Virus genome (UHGV): UHGV-0165032
DNA length: 42,421 nucleotides
Source of the DNA: a virus
Direction: 5' to 3' (one strand)
Below, piece by piece: positions 17,236-25,369 of this stretch. Under the pieces are notes generated by a model. It saw only the letters and a program-made list of their open reading frames with translations. It did no database searches and was not told where the DNA came from. The translations under genes and the position numbers were made by a program. The first letter of the stretch is position 1; every line of letters begins with the position of its first letter.

Positions 17236-17946
17236 ATGGAAAGTGGTTACTCTTTAGCGGACATTGCAGCCGCTACAGGAAACGGAAATAACAGAAATGG
17301 TGATGGCATGTGGGGCGATTGGATTTGGATTATCGTTCTGTTCCTGTTCGCCGGAGGAGGCTGGGGCAATGGCTTCGGCGGAAACGGTGCAAATGGCGCG
17401 GGACTCCAGGGTCTTGCTACCAGAGCAGATATTAATGAGGGCTTTGCTTTGAACGGTATAGAAAACGGAATCAGGGGTATCCAGCAGGGTATCTGTGACA
17501 GCACATACGCGCTGAACAACACTATCACCAGCGGATTCAACGGTGTTGACCGCAGCTTATGCCAGATGGGCTATCAGCTCCAGGATTGCTGCTGCCAGAC
17601 ACAGCGCGCAATTGATGGCGTAAACTACAATCTGGTTACACAGTCATGCGATACCAGAAACACCATTCAGACCGCAACTAGGGATATTCTGGACAACAAC
17701 AACAGCAATACAAGAGCTATTCTTGACTTCTTAACTCAGGATAAGATTTCTACCTTACAGGCGGAGAATCAAACCCTTAGATTCCAGGCAAGCCAGACTG
17801 CCCAGAACGGATTTATTGATGCAGTTGGTAACTCAATCGTTGCACAGCTTCGTCAGCCGCAGCCTGTACCGGCTTATACGGTTCCAGCGCCATATCCATA
17901 TGCCTCTAACTGTGGTTGTGGATACAATACTGGATGCGGGTGCTAA
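17236..17946 (+). CDS. Gly-rich, Cys-rich membrane protein (TM WIWIIVLFLFAGGGW; C-terminus CGCGYNTGCGC)
   Basis: AAGGAG SD; composition. Confidence 0.5.
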   Translation: MESGYSLADIAAATGNGNNRNGDGMWGDWIWIIVLFLFAGGGWGNGFGGNGANGAGLQGLATRADINEGFALNGIENGIRGIQQGICDSTYALNNTITSGFNGVDRSLCQMGYQLQDCCCQTQRAIDGVNYNLVTQSCDTRNTIQTATRDILDNNNSNTRAILDFLTQDKISTLQAENQTLRFQASQTAQNGFIDAVGNSIVAQLRQPQPVPAYTVPAPYPYASNCGCGYNTGCGC

Positions 17947-18152
17947 TGAGAAACGAACAGTTTTACGATAATCTTGCTCTGTATGCAACTGCATTGCAAA
18001 TGATAGATTTGCTTTTACTCGTTGGTGACGTTTCTAATAGTGATATATTAGAAGCGTTGCAACAGCAAAATAAGGAATACATGGAGAAGATTATCGACCA
18101 AAACAACCGTATATTGCGTATCTTGTCCGAAAAGGACATGTCTACTGAATAG
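17946..18152 (+). CDS. hypothetical protein
   Basis: ATG overlapping the previous stop. Confidence 0.4.
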   Translation: MRNEQFYDNLALYATALQMIDLLLLVGDVSNSDILEALQQQNKEYMEKIIDQNNRILRILSEKDMSTE

Positions 18153-18218
18153 TAGTATTACACACATGGAGGGGTAGGCACAGGCTTGCCCTTCTGTGCA
18201 TATAAGGAGGATTTTATT

Positions 18219-18617
18219 ATGGCAGATTTTGTAACTGCTGGCACACAGACTGTTGAAGTCAATGGAAGTGTACTGTTTGCAGCAAACCGGGTATATTCCT
18301 GTAATTGCCCAAATATAAGGCATGAGCCACTTTCTGGGAGAGTGGTTTTACTTCCTGGCCTGTACCGTGTAGGCTTTAACGGAAACTTTTCCGCAGCCGC
18401 AGCAGGTGACGTTATATTTGAAGTGCAGCAGGACGGCGAAGGCATTCCCGGTGCAAGAATCCAGAACACAGTTGCCGCCGGCGCAACAATCAATGGAGCA
18501 GCAACGGTAGAAGTAAGGGTGTGCAAACCATGTTGCGCTACCTTATCGGTAAAAAACGTTGGAGCCACAGCGGCGACAGTATCAGACGCTAACCTTGTTG
18601 TTAGCAGAATAGGTTAA
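18219..18617 (+). CDS. C1q/TNF-like (BclA C-terminal-domain-like) beta-sandwich protein
   Basis: AAGGAGG SD 8 nt before ATG 18219. Alternating beta-strand pattern with Gly/Ala/Val/Asn-rich loops resembles the exosporium BclA C-terminal domain. Confidence 0.35.
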   Translation: MADFVTAGTQTVEVNGSVLFAANRVYSCNCPNIRHEPLSGRVVLLPGLYRVGFNGNFSAAAAGDVIFEVQQDGEGIPGARIQNTVAAGATINGAATVEVRVCKPCCATLSVKNVGATAATVSDANLVVSRIG

Positions 18618-18629
18618 GGGGGTAAGGCT

Positions 18630-19169
18630 ATGAGTTATAAGATGATGCAGAATATCCATGAAGAGCTGGATAAAATTGCGGAAAAGGGCCTGAACACTAG
18701 CAACCTTGAAACCGCATACAAATTGATAGACATGTGGAAAGACATGGAGAATGTGGAGTACTGGAAGTGCAAAGAAGAGTACTACAATCAGGTAATAGAC
18801 GAAATGGACGGCGGAGAACACAGCGAAGCGCGTCGCAAGCGCGACAGCATGGGACGTTATAGCCGTGCTGATGGAATGTCACAGGACTATGATAATGACA
18901 GCTCATATCGCGGCACACGCGGAAAACATTACGTCAGAGGACACTACAGCCGTGCGACCGGTCCGGCCTATGACGATTACATGAACCAGAAACAGAGTTA
19001 TCGAAGCGGTGGGAAAGATGAAGATTGCAAGCGGCGTATGCTTGCAGCCTTGGAAGAGCATATGGACGAACTGACAGAAGAATTAGGCGAAATGTCTAAA
19101 GATGCGGATTGCCGTGAAGAACGGGAAACTATGAAAAGATACATTGAAAAATTACGTAATATGATGTAA
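18630..19169 (+). CDS. charged helical hypothetical protein
   Basis: GGGGGTAAGG SD; 179 aa. Confidence 0.45.
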   Translation: MSYKMMQNIHEELDKIAEKGLNTSNLETAYKLIDMWKDMENVEYWKCKEEYYNQVIDEMDGGEHSEARRKRDSMGRYSRADGMSQDYDNDSSYRGTRGKHYVRGHYSRATGPAYDDYMNQKQSYRSGGKDEDCKRRMLAALEEHMDELTEELGEMSKDADCREERETMKRYIEKLRNMM

Positions 19170-19175
19170 CAAATT

Positions 19176-19206
19176 GGCGGTGGGAATAATTTCACCGCCT
19201 TTTTAA
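19176..19206 (+). terminator. rho-independent terminator ggcggtg-ggaataatttc-caccgcc-TTTTT
   Basis: 7-bp GC stem plus T-run directly after the 18630..19169 stop. Confidence 0.7.
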
Positions 19207-19227
19207 GATGTATAACCAAATAGTGTC

Positions 19228-19256
19228 TTGACAAATAAGAGAATAGGATATAATAT
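19228..19256 (+). promoter_or_regulatory. sigma70-like promoter: TTGACA, 17-nt spacer, TAATAT
   Basis: consensus -35 with good spacing to an AT-rich -10. Confidence 0.45.
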
Positions 19257-19262
19257 TTAGCT

Positions 19263-19394
19263 ATAAGGTATCAGCAGATGGGGTTGATACTGGTCACCGC
19301 TCTCCAATCTGAGAGGTGTGGATTGAAATATTAGGTTATTCGTTTTTATTAAAAAAATATCGCCAACTCATATTGAGAAGGCGATATTTTTTTA
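19263..19394 (+). ncRNA. candidate small RNA (promoter plus intrinsic terminator with no credible ORF)
   Basis: Bounded by the promoter at 19228 and a terminator hairpin at 19351..19394; the longest ORF is about 17 aa. Confidence 0.25.
19351..19394. terminator. bidirectional terminator aaatatcgcc-(15-nt loop)-ggcgatattt flanked by A-run and T-run
   Basis: 10-bp stem. Terminates the plus-strand unit and the minus-strand operon that ends at 19392. Confidence 0.6.
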
Positions 19395-19739
19395 TAATAA
19401 ATCTTTCCTGCGATACAGAATGTATTCACGGGTGTATCCCAGCTTTTCCATTGCCGATATCACTGCTTTTACCGCCTCATCTCGCGAGCCAAAATTATAA
19501 TAATCTGTTTCGTAATCGCTAGACGGGAGGCTTGCCATCCAGCCCTCACCATTAAATACCCCATACTGTCTTGTCTCATTGTCAAACTTAGCATCTCTAG
19601 CAACAGCTTTTGCGCCAGCCAAAGTTTTACACCACGGACACTTGTCAATGATAGGGTCATCTCCATATGTTGCCAAACATACTCTATAACCGCCCTCTGA
19701 TTTAAAAATATCATATTTTTCCATAATATTATCCTCCAA
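19392..19739 (-). CDS. hypothetical protein (moron operon gene 3)
   Basis: minus-strand ORF that ends at the bidirectional terminator. Confidence 0.5.
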   Translation of the reverse strand: MEDNIMEKYDIFKSEGGYRVCLATYGDDPIIDKCPWCKTLAGAKAVARDAKFDNETRQYGVFNGEGWMASLPSSDYETDYYNFGSRDEAVKAVISAMEKLGYTREYILYRRKDLL

Positions 19740-19759
19740 ATTTCCTGAGTAAGTATTTG

Positions 19760-20080
19760 TTACAAAAAATCATCAACATCGCAGTCAAGGGCTTTTGCCA
19801 GAGCCAGAGCATTGCGCAGGGTCATGTTGCCAAGATCCCCTTCTCCAGACTCAAACTTCTGAATCTGGCGGATATTTATTTCGGCGGCATCCGCTACCTG
19901 CCGTTGGGTCATCTCCGCCAAAGAGCGTTGATATAACAGCTTGTTTATTTTGTTGTTGTGGCAATCCAGGCCGCGGCTGGATGCAGAGCACAGCCCGCAC
20001 AGCCCGTCTGTTCTGATACAATCTGGATATCTTCTCAATTTTTCACACCTCCTATTTGATAATATATAATACTTCTGCAT
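19760..20080 (-). CDS. XRE-family HTH transcriptional regulator; the start is possibly the internal M, giving a 59-aa HTH-only protein
   Basis: C-terminal MTQRQVADAAEINIRQIQKFESGEGDLGNMTLRNALALAKAL is an XRE HTH. Confidence 0.55.
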   Translation of the reverse strand: MQKYYILSNRRCEKLRRYPDCIRTDGLCGLCSASSRGLDCHNNKINKLLYQRSLAEMTQRQVADAAEINIRQIQKFESGEGDLGNMTLRNALALAKALDCDVDDFL

Positions 20081-20381
20081 CTTTTAATATTACCTCTCCT
20101 GCATCAAGACCATATTCAAAACGGTTACTTGCAAGTAGGGCTATGTGGGAACCAAAATATCCACGACCATTGAGTGCACCAGCAGCTTCCGGAGAGTTTA
20201 AATTAATGGCACATATTCCATCAAGTTCCTCTTCTGTTTCCTCTCCATCAACCCAGACTTTTGAGTTGTGGTCAACAGTTCCGAGTTCAAAGTCCTGTTC
20301 TTGAATGCGGATACCATATTTTTCGTAAGAATCCCAATCATTATTGTTCGCAATCATTTCCTTTAATTCGGCCACTGTCAT
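20052..20381 (-). CDS. hypothetical acidic protein (moron operon gene 1)
   Basis: first gene downstream of the minus-strand promoter. Confidence 0.45.
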   Translation of the reverse strand: MTVAELKEMIANNNDWDSYEKYGIRIQEQDFELGTVDHNSKVWVDGEETEEELDGICAINLNSPEAAGALNGRGYFGSHIALLASNRFEYGLDAGEVILKDAEVLYIIK

Positions 20382-20413
20382 TGTTTTAATCCCCTTCCCT
20401 TATTTCTAATTAT

Positions 20414-20442
20414 ATTATACGCCAATATTGGCGTAAAGTCAA
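20414..20442 (-). promoter_or_regulatory. minus-strand sigma70 promoter (TTGACT, 17 nt, TATAAT) whose spacer is the perfect 14-bp palindrome CGCCAATATTGGCG (20420..20433)
   Basis: Reverse complement reads ttgactttacgccaatattggcgtataat. The palindrome is a likely operator for the XRE regulator. Confidence 0.6.
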
Positions 20443-20450
20443 CAGTATAT

Positions 20451-20466
20451 TTAAAATGTGGGGACG
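20451..20466 (+). promoter_or_regulatory. candidate late-promoter/activator motif aaatgtggggacgatt (copy 2), followed 15 nt later by ggtaaaat
   Basis: Identical 16-mer to 10521..10536; upstream of the KTR gene, tRNA and scaffold region. Confidence 0.4.
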
Positions 20467-20523
20467 ATTATTTTAGGCCAATACGGTAAAATGGGAGTAA
20501 GAATAAACAGAAAGGGTGAAAAC

Positions 20524-20694
20524 ATGGTGAAAGATGGTTGGGTATACTGCCCCATATGCAGTAATAAGACAAGAACAAAAATCAGAAAAGATACCGAAGC
20601 CAAGAATTTACCTGTGTTTTGTCCAAAATGTAGGAATACAACTGTAATGGATATATACGGAAGTGAAATAAAAAGAATGCAAAGCATTAATTAG
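20524..20694 (+). CDS. cysteine-rich KTR-type zinc-ribbon protein
   Basis: CPICSNKTRTKIRKDT...CPKCRN matches the Cys_rich_KTR pattern. Confidence 0.55.
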   Translation: MVKDGWVYCPICSNKTRTKIRKDTEAKNLPVFCPKCRNTTVMDIYGSEIKRMQSIN

Positions 20695-21043
20695 AGCCAG
20701 TCGCCAGCCGCAGAGCCATACAGATTACAGCAATGTAGTTTGCATGGCTTTTTACTATATTTGAACCTCCCTCATATAGCACATGTCCTTAACAGAAACA
20801 GGTCCTAGCTCATAGAGTAAACGGCCTAGAGGTTGAAAAGCGGATGCAATTTCCGGCATGTGCATTCCTTCTAAAGGCTATCCTCCTCCCGTAATGGAGA
20901 TAGAAAAAACTTGTCAGTTATGACCTGGACGAAACTGAAAAATGATACGGCATTGTTTTGGTGGGATATCGGCGGGCTGACAGCATTTCAGAGTACATAT
21001 GCGGCGCAAAAAGGCGTGACGAGGAGTTTTCAAGAAATGCAAT

Positions 21044-21116
21044 CGGGAAATAGCTCAGTTGGTAGAGCAGCAGCCTTATAAGCTGTGTGTCAGAGGTTCG
21101 ATTCCTCTTTTCCCGA
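21044..21116 (+). tRNA. tRNA with anticodon UAU (AUA-decoding Ile-like)
   Basis: The cloverleaf was folded by hand: acceptor CGGGAAA/TTTCCCG, D-arm GCTC-AGTTGGTA-GAGC, anticodon arm GCAGC-CTTATAA-GCTGT, T-arm AGAGG-TTCGATT-CCTCT. Confidence 0.7.
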
Positions 21117-21265
21117 TGTAGTCGGGTCGCTCCCGGATGATGTGAGAGCACGCAGAATGCCTCACAGAGAATGACAATGCCTGCTGAAAACTACTGCGAT
21201 AGTTCCAGGGACTAGGACACGGGACTGAAATTCGCAGTGTGACAATCTAAGCAGGAACTGCATCA

Positions 21266-21354
21266 TGAGGATTCGCCAAGCGGTTAAGGCACCGGGTTTT
21301 GACCCCGGCAAAGAAGGAACACTCTTTACGCTGGTTCAAATCCAGCATCCTCAG
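21266..21354 (+). tRNA. class II-like tRNA with a 21-nt variable arm, U1:A72, G73 and an apparent anticodon UUG; isotype ambiguous (Gln-like identity elements on a Ser/Leu-like scaffold)
   Basis: Acceptor TGAGGAT/ATCCTCA, D-arm GCC-(10 nt)-GGC, anticodon arm CCGGG-TTTTGAC-CCCGG, extra arm AAAGA...TCTTT, T-arm GCTGG-TTCAAAT-CCAGC. Confidence 0.5.
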
Positions 21355-21445
21355 TTTTGGACACGCCAAGTCCTACAAAATGGCAAACCGTTGGTGGACG
21401 GTTACACACCTACAAATAACCTAATAACGGAAAAGGAGAATCATC

Positions 21446-22066
21446 ATGAAAACCGAAGAATTAAAAGCACAAGGATTGACAGAGGAACAGATATCTTTTG
21501 TTATGGCTGAAAATGGAAAAGACCTTAAAAAGTTGCAGAAAGAAAATGACAATCTGATAACCGAACGGGATACCTGGAAAAAAAAAGCAGAAGCAGCAGA
21601 AACAACGCTGAAAGGCTTTGAAGGGGTTGACCTGGAAACGATGCAGAAAGAGTTGTCTGACTGGAAACAGAAGGCTACAGAGGCCGAAAAGAACGCCCAG
21701 GCACAGCTTTATGAACGTGATTTCGCGGATGCGCTTAAGACAGAATTTGAAGGTATTAAATTTTCCAGCGAGGCAGCTAAACGTGCAATTATGGCAGAAG
21801 TAAAAGAGGCCGGTTTAAAGCTGAAAGATGGTAAAATTCTGGGGCTGAATGACCTTTTGTCTCAAATGAAAGAAAAAGATGCTTCGGCTTTTGTTGATGA
21901 TGCACAGCAGCAGGCACAGCAGAACATGGCGAGGTTTACCACACCAGTAGGTAAGCAGAATACGCCAGGAACTATGACACGAAAGGATATTGAAGCAATT
22001 AAAGACCCGTCTGAGCGCCAGTCTGCAATTGCCAATAACCTGCATTTATTCGGTAAAGGAGAATAG
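21446..22066 (+). CDS. scaffolding protein
   Basis: Coiled-coil-rich, acidic, 206 aa, immediately upstream of the major capsid gene; AAAAGGAG SD. Confidence 0.65.
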   Translation: MKTEELKAQGLTEEQISFVMAENGKDLKKLQKENDNLITERDTWKKKAEAAETTLKGFEGVDLETMQKELSDWKQKATEAEKNAQAQLYERDFADALKTEFEGIKFSSEAAKRAIMAEVKEAGLKLKDGKILGLNDLLSQMKEKDASAFVDDAQQQAQQNMARFTTPVGKQNTPGTMTRKDIEAIKDPSERQSAIANNLHLFGKGE

Positions 22067-22068
22067 TA

Positions 22069-23241
22069 ATGGCAGCAAAAGCCAATTTAATCACAAGCGC
22101 GGACATACAGGTTACAGCGCGTGAAATTGATTTTGTGACACGCTTTGAGAGGAACTGGCAGCATCTTCGGGATATTCTGGGGATTATGCGTCCTATTAAG
22201 AAAACACCGGGAGCAGTGCTGAAAAGCAAATATGCAGAAGGAACTTTACAGAGCGGTGCTGTAGGCGAAGGAGAAGAAATCCCTTACAGCAAATTCACAG
22301 TAAAGGAAAAGACGTATGCGGAAATGACCATTGAGAAGTATGCAAAGGCCGTTTCCATTGAAGCAATTAAGGACCACGGATATGAAAATGCCGTTCAGAT
22401 GACAGACGATGAATTTTTGTTCCAGCTTCAGTCGAATGTAACAGAACGATTCTATACATATCTGAATACTGGTACACTTACTGGAACGGAAACTACATTC
22501 CAGATGGCCCTTGCTATGGCAAAAGGAATGGTAGAAAACAAATTCAAACAGATGCACCGTAATGTTACGGGGGTGGTTGGATTTGTGAATATTCTGGATG
22601 TATATCAGTACCTGGGTGCCGCTGAAATCACTGTGCAGAATCAGTTTGGTTTCCAGTATCTTAAGGATTTCATGGGATTCAATACAATCTTTCTGCTATC
22701 TGATTCTGAAATAGAAAGTGGAAAAGTAATAGCTACACCAGTGGAAAACATTGTAATGTACTATGTAGACCCAAACGAAAGTGATTTTGCACGTGCCGGT
22801 CTGGTGTATACGACTGGGGACGGGGATACAAACCTTATCGGATTCCATACCCAGGGTAATTACAATACCGCTGTTTCCGAAGCATTTGCAATCATGGGAC
22901 TTACCTTGTTTGCAGAATATATTGACGGAATCGCAGTTGTTGATATTACTGATAATCCCGTTCTTGGAACACTGACGGTAACTTCTTCGGCCGGAAGCAC
23001 ATCAGGAAACACAAAATTAACCGTTGAACCTCCCCTCGAAACAGGACACATGTACAAGTACAAAGTGGCAGCTGATTCCGCTCCAGAAGTGAAATATGGT
23101 CAGAATGTAAAGACGTGGACAGCATGGGACGGTAAATCTGATATCAAGGCAACGACCGGGAATCATATCACAGTAGTTGAGTGTGACAATACCTATAAGG
23201 CGTTGAAATCTGGAAATGACGATGTAACGTCTCACTCTTAA
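22069..23241 (+). CDS. major capsid protein
   Basis: 390 aa ORF directly after the scaffold gene in the canonical position. Confidence 0.65.
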   Translation: MAAKANLITSADIQVTAREIDFVTRFERNWQHLRDILGIMRPIKKTPGAVLKSKYAEGTLQSGAVGEGEEIPYSKFTVKEKTYAEMTIEKYAKAVSIEAIKDHGYENAVQMTDDEFLFQLQSNVTERFYTYLNTGTLTGTETTFQMALAMAKGMVENKFKQMHRNVTGVVGFVNILDVYQYLGAAEITVQNQFGFQYLKDFMGFNTIFLLSDSEIESGKVIATPVENIVMYYVDPNESDFARAGLVYTTGDGDTNLIGFHTQGNYNTAVSEAFAIMGLTLFAEYIDGIAVVDITDNPVLGTLTVTSSAGSTSGNTKLTVEPPLETGHMYKYKVAADSAPEVKYGQNVKTWTAWDGKSDIKATTGNHITVVECDNTYKALKSGNDDVTSHS

Positions 23242-23258
23242 AGAAAGGAGAATCCGGC

Positions 23259-23756
23259 ATGGCATATGCAGACTATGAGTTTTACACAACAAAATACTAC
23301 GGCAGTTCCATACCGGATTCCCAATCATTTGATAAGCAGGCAGAACGGGCAAGCGACTTTCTTGACATTGTAACTAGAGATAGGTTGGTTGACGGCCTCC
23401 CAGACAATGAACGAGCGCAAACCAAAATCAAGAAAGCCGTATGTGCCTTAGCTGATAAGCTGTATGGTTTGGAACTGTCAGAAAAACAGGCGCTATCTGC
23501 CGCCGCTGGAAGTGATTCTAAGATAGATATTAATGGAAAATCTTCTGGAATTATTATTTCTCGCAATTCCGGTTCCGAATCAATCAGCTATGCATCCCCT
23601 TCTGAAATAGCTAACGGAGCCAAAGCCTGGAGTACTGTATACTCTGCGGCAGGGGATGAACAGGCAACCAATAAACTCCTGTATGATACTGCAAAGGTGT
23701 ATCTGATGGGAGTAAAAGATAACGAAGGGACTCCACTTTTATATGCAGGATTGTAA
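23259..23756 (+). CDS. head-tail connector / DNA-packaging (gp6-like) protein
   Basis: MAYADYEFYTTKYYGSSIPDSQSFDKQAERASDFLD resembles the Phage_connect_1 N-terminus. Confidence 0.5.
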   Translation: MAYADYEFYTTKYYGSSIPDSQSFDKQAERASDFLDIVTRDRLVDGLPDNERAQTKIKKAVCALADKLYGLELSEKQALSAAAGSDSKIDINGKSSGIIISRNSGSESISYASPSEIANGAKAWSTVYSAAGDEQATNKLLYDTAKVYLMGVKDNEGTPLLYAGL

Positions 23757-23863
23757 AGTAAACATTCTGGGAACGGAATGGGGAAGTTGTCCAGCGTGAT
23801 GAAAAATCGGATGAAAACCTGGACGGGAAATTTAGGGATGGATATACCGATTTTTCTGCACAT

Positions 23864-24094
23864 ATGATTGTGATTTGCAATAAAAAGGACGATTGCGAAT
23901 TAAAGGACTATGAAGGATATAAAAATGCCATATTACGTCATGAACTCATCCATGCGTTTTTGTATGAAAGCGGTCTGGATTCTTCAAGTTCAAATACATG
24001 CGGAGCGTGGGCAACTAATGAAGAAATGGTTGACTGGTTCGCTATTCAGTCTCCGAAGATTTTCAAAGTATTCATGGAATTGGGTTTGCTCTGA
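23864..24094 (+). CDS. small HExxH-motif protein (ILRHELIHAF), putative zinc metallopeptidase-like
   Basis: HELIH motif. The frame is open upstream to 23768 without an ATG, so a frameshift or alternative start is possible. Confidence 0.35.
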   Translation: MIVICNKKDDCELKDYEGYKNAILRHELIHAFLYESGLDSSSSNTCGAWATNEEMVDWFAIQSPKIFKVFMELGLL

Positions 24095-24112
24095 TTCCAG
24101 AAAGGAAAAGAT

Positions 24113-24376
24113 ATGGACATTACAACATTGGGAACATGTGTGGCTATTGTGGCTCTGAGCTATGTGGTTGGCCTTGGATGCAAGGCGGCAAAAAAGATAC
24201 CGGACGAATGGATACCGGTCATTATGGCTGTTGTAGGTGGTGTTCTCGGCGCGCTTGGTATGGGAACTATACCAGACTTCCCGGCATCTGACTACATCAC
24301 GGCTGTAGCAGTTGGCGCTATGTCTGGCCTTACGGCTACGGGAGTTAACCAGGTGTATAAGCAGGCTAAAAAATGA
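24113..24376 (+). CDS. two-TM small membrane protein, holin-like
   Basis: Two hydrophobic helices and a charged C-terminus (KQAKK); 87 aa. Confidence 0.4.
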   Translation: MDITTLGTCVAIVALSYVVGLGCKAAKKIPDEWIPVIMAVVGGVLGALGMGTIPDFPASDYITAVAVGAMSGLTATGVNQVYKQAKK

Positions 24377-25014
24377 TTAATTACAGAAACCGCAGAAATT
24401 ATGAAAATCTGGAGCGCCAAATATTTGACGGCGTGGGAGAATACGACATACCGCAGATAGAGCCAGTAACCTACGAGGGAGGCTGTAACTGGATTGGTTT
24501 CAACTATGCTAAGACGTGCAAGGAGCCGGAAAAGAAAGGCGTGCATTTCTTCCTTGATGATTACCAGTTTAACAGGCTCTGGACGAATATTGACCGATAC
24601 ATACCCATGTTGCAGAGGTTTCGTTATGTGATGTCGCCTGACTTCTCAACTTACACAGACTTTCCAAAAGCTATTCAGATATACAATCACTATCGCAAGC
24701 ACTGGGTAGGCGCATATTTGCAAAAGTCAGAAATACAGGTTATCCCGACAATCTCATGGAGTACGCCGGATAGCTTTGCATGGTGCTTTGACGGCGAGCC
24801 AGAGGGCGGAGCTATGGCAGTATCGTCTGTGGGTGTAATGAACAGTATAGGCAAAAAACGCCTATTCTTGCAAGGCTATAAAGAAATGGTGCGACGATTG
24901 CACCCGGATACGATTATCTTTTATGGCTCTGTGCCGGATGAGTGCATGGGGAATATCGTGAGGGTACGGGCGTTTACAGAAAGGTTTAATGAGGTATTAT
25001 GCAATGGGTGGTAG
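24373..25014 (+). CDS. DUF4417-like protein
   Basis: The FFLDDYQFNRLW segment is recalled as DUF4417-like. Confidence 0.35.
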   Translation: MINYRNRRNYENLERQIFDGVGEYDIPQIEPVTYEGGCNWIGFNYAKTCKEPEKKGVHFFLDDYQFNRLWTNIDRYIPMLQRFRYVMSPDFSTYTDFPKAIQIYNHYRKHWVGAYLQKSEIQVIPTISWSTPDSFAWCFDGEPEGGAMAVSSVGVMNSIGKKRLFLQGYKEMVRRLHPDTIIFYGSVPDECMGNIVRVRAFTERFNEVLCNGW

Positions 25015-25366
25015 AGGTGGAGCGAGTGGATTATCTGCTAAAAACCAGAAAATATCTTTTAAAGGACTGCCAACTTTAAAAGGTTCAGAGAAACAAGTTC
25101 AATGGGCCGAACAAATCAGAAATAATGCTATTGATACTATCAATAGAAATATTGATTTAGCTAATGAAAGGATAAAGAAGTATCCCAGCGCTCAAAAAAT
25201 ATATCAAAATCAAATTGAATCTTTGCAAGAGATAGGTAAACAGCTAAAAGAAGTATTATTAAAAGTATCTAATGCTTCTCAAATTATTGAAAAGCGTCAC
25301 ATATTTGACTCATCTAGAATATTGGATGAAGCATCAAAAATCGAACAAAGAAAAAAGAAACGATAA
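25004..25366 (+). CDS. hypothetical protein
   Basis: GAGGT SD 8 nt before ATG 25004. Confidence 0.4.
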   Translation: MGGRGGASGLSAKNQKISFKGLPTLKGSEKQVQWAEQIRNNAIDTINRNIDLANERIKKYPSAQKIYQNQIESLQEIGKQLKEVLLKVSNASQIIEKRHIFDSSRILDEASKIEQRKKKR

Positions 25367-25369
25367 CAG

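Noticed and set aside
21265-21510. ORF-track CDSs overlapping the tRNA genes (21265..21510 plus strand, 20918..21151 minus strand)
   Set aside because: They coincide with cloverleaf-forming tRNA sequences and have no ribosome-binding sites.
23741-23797. 17-codon ORF (MQDCKVNILGTEWGSCPA) overlapping the connector stop
   Set aside because: Too short to call as a gene. It is kept only as context for the possible frameshift into the HExxH ORF.
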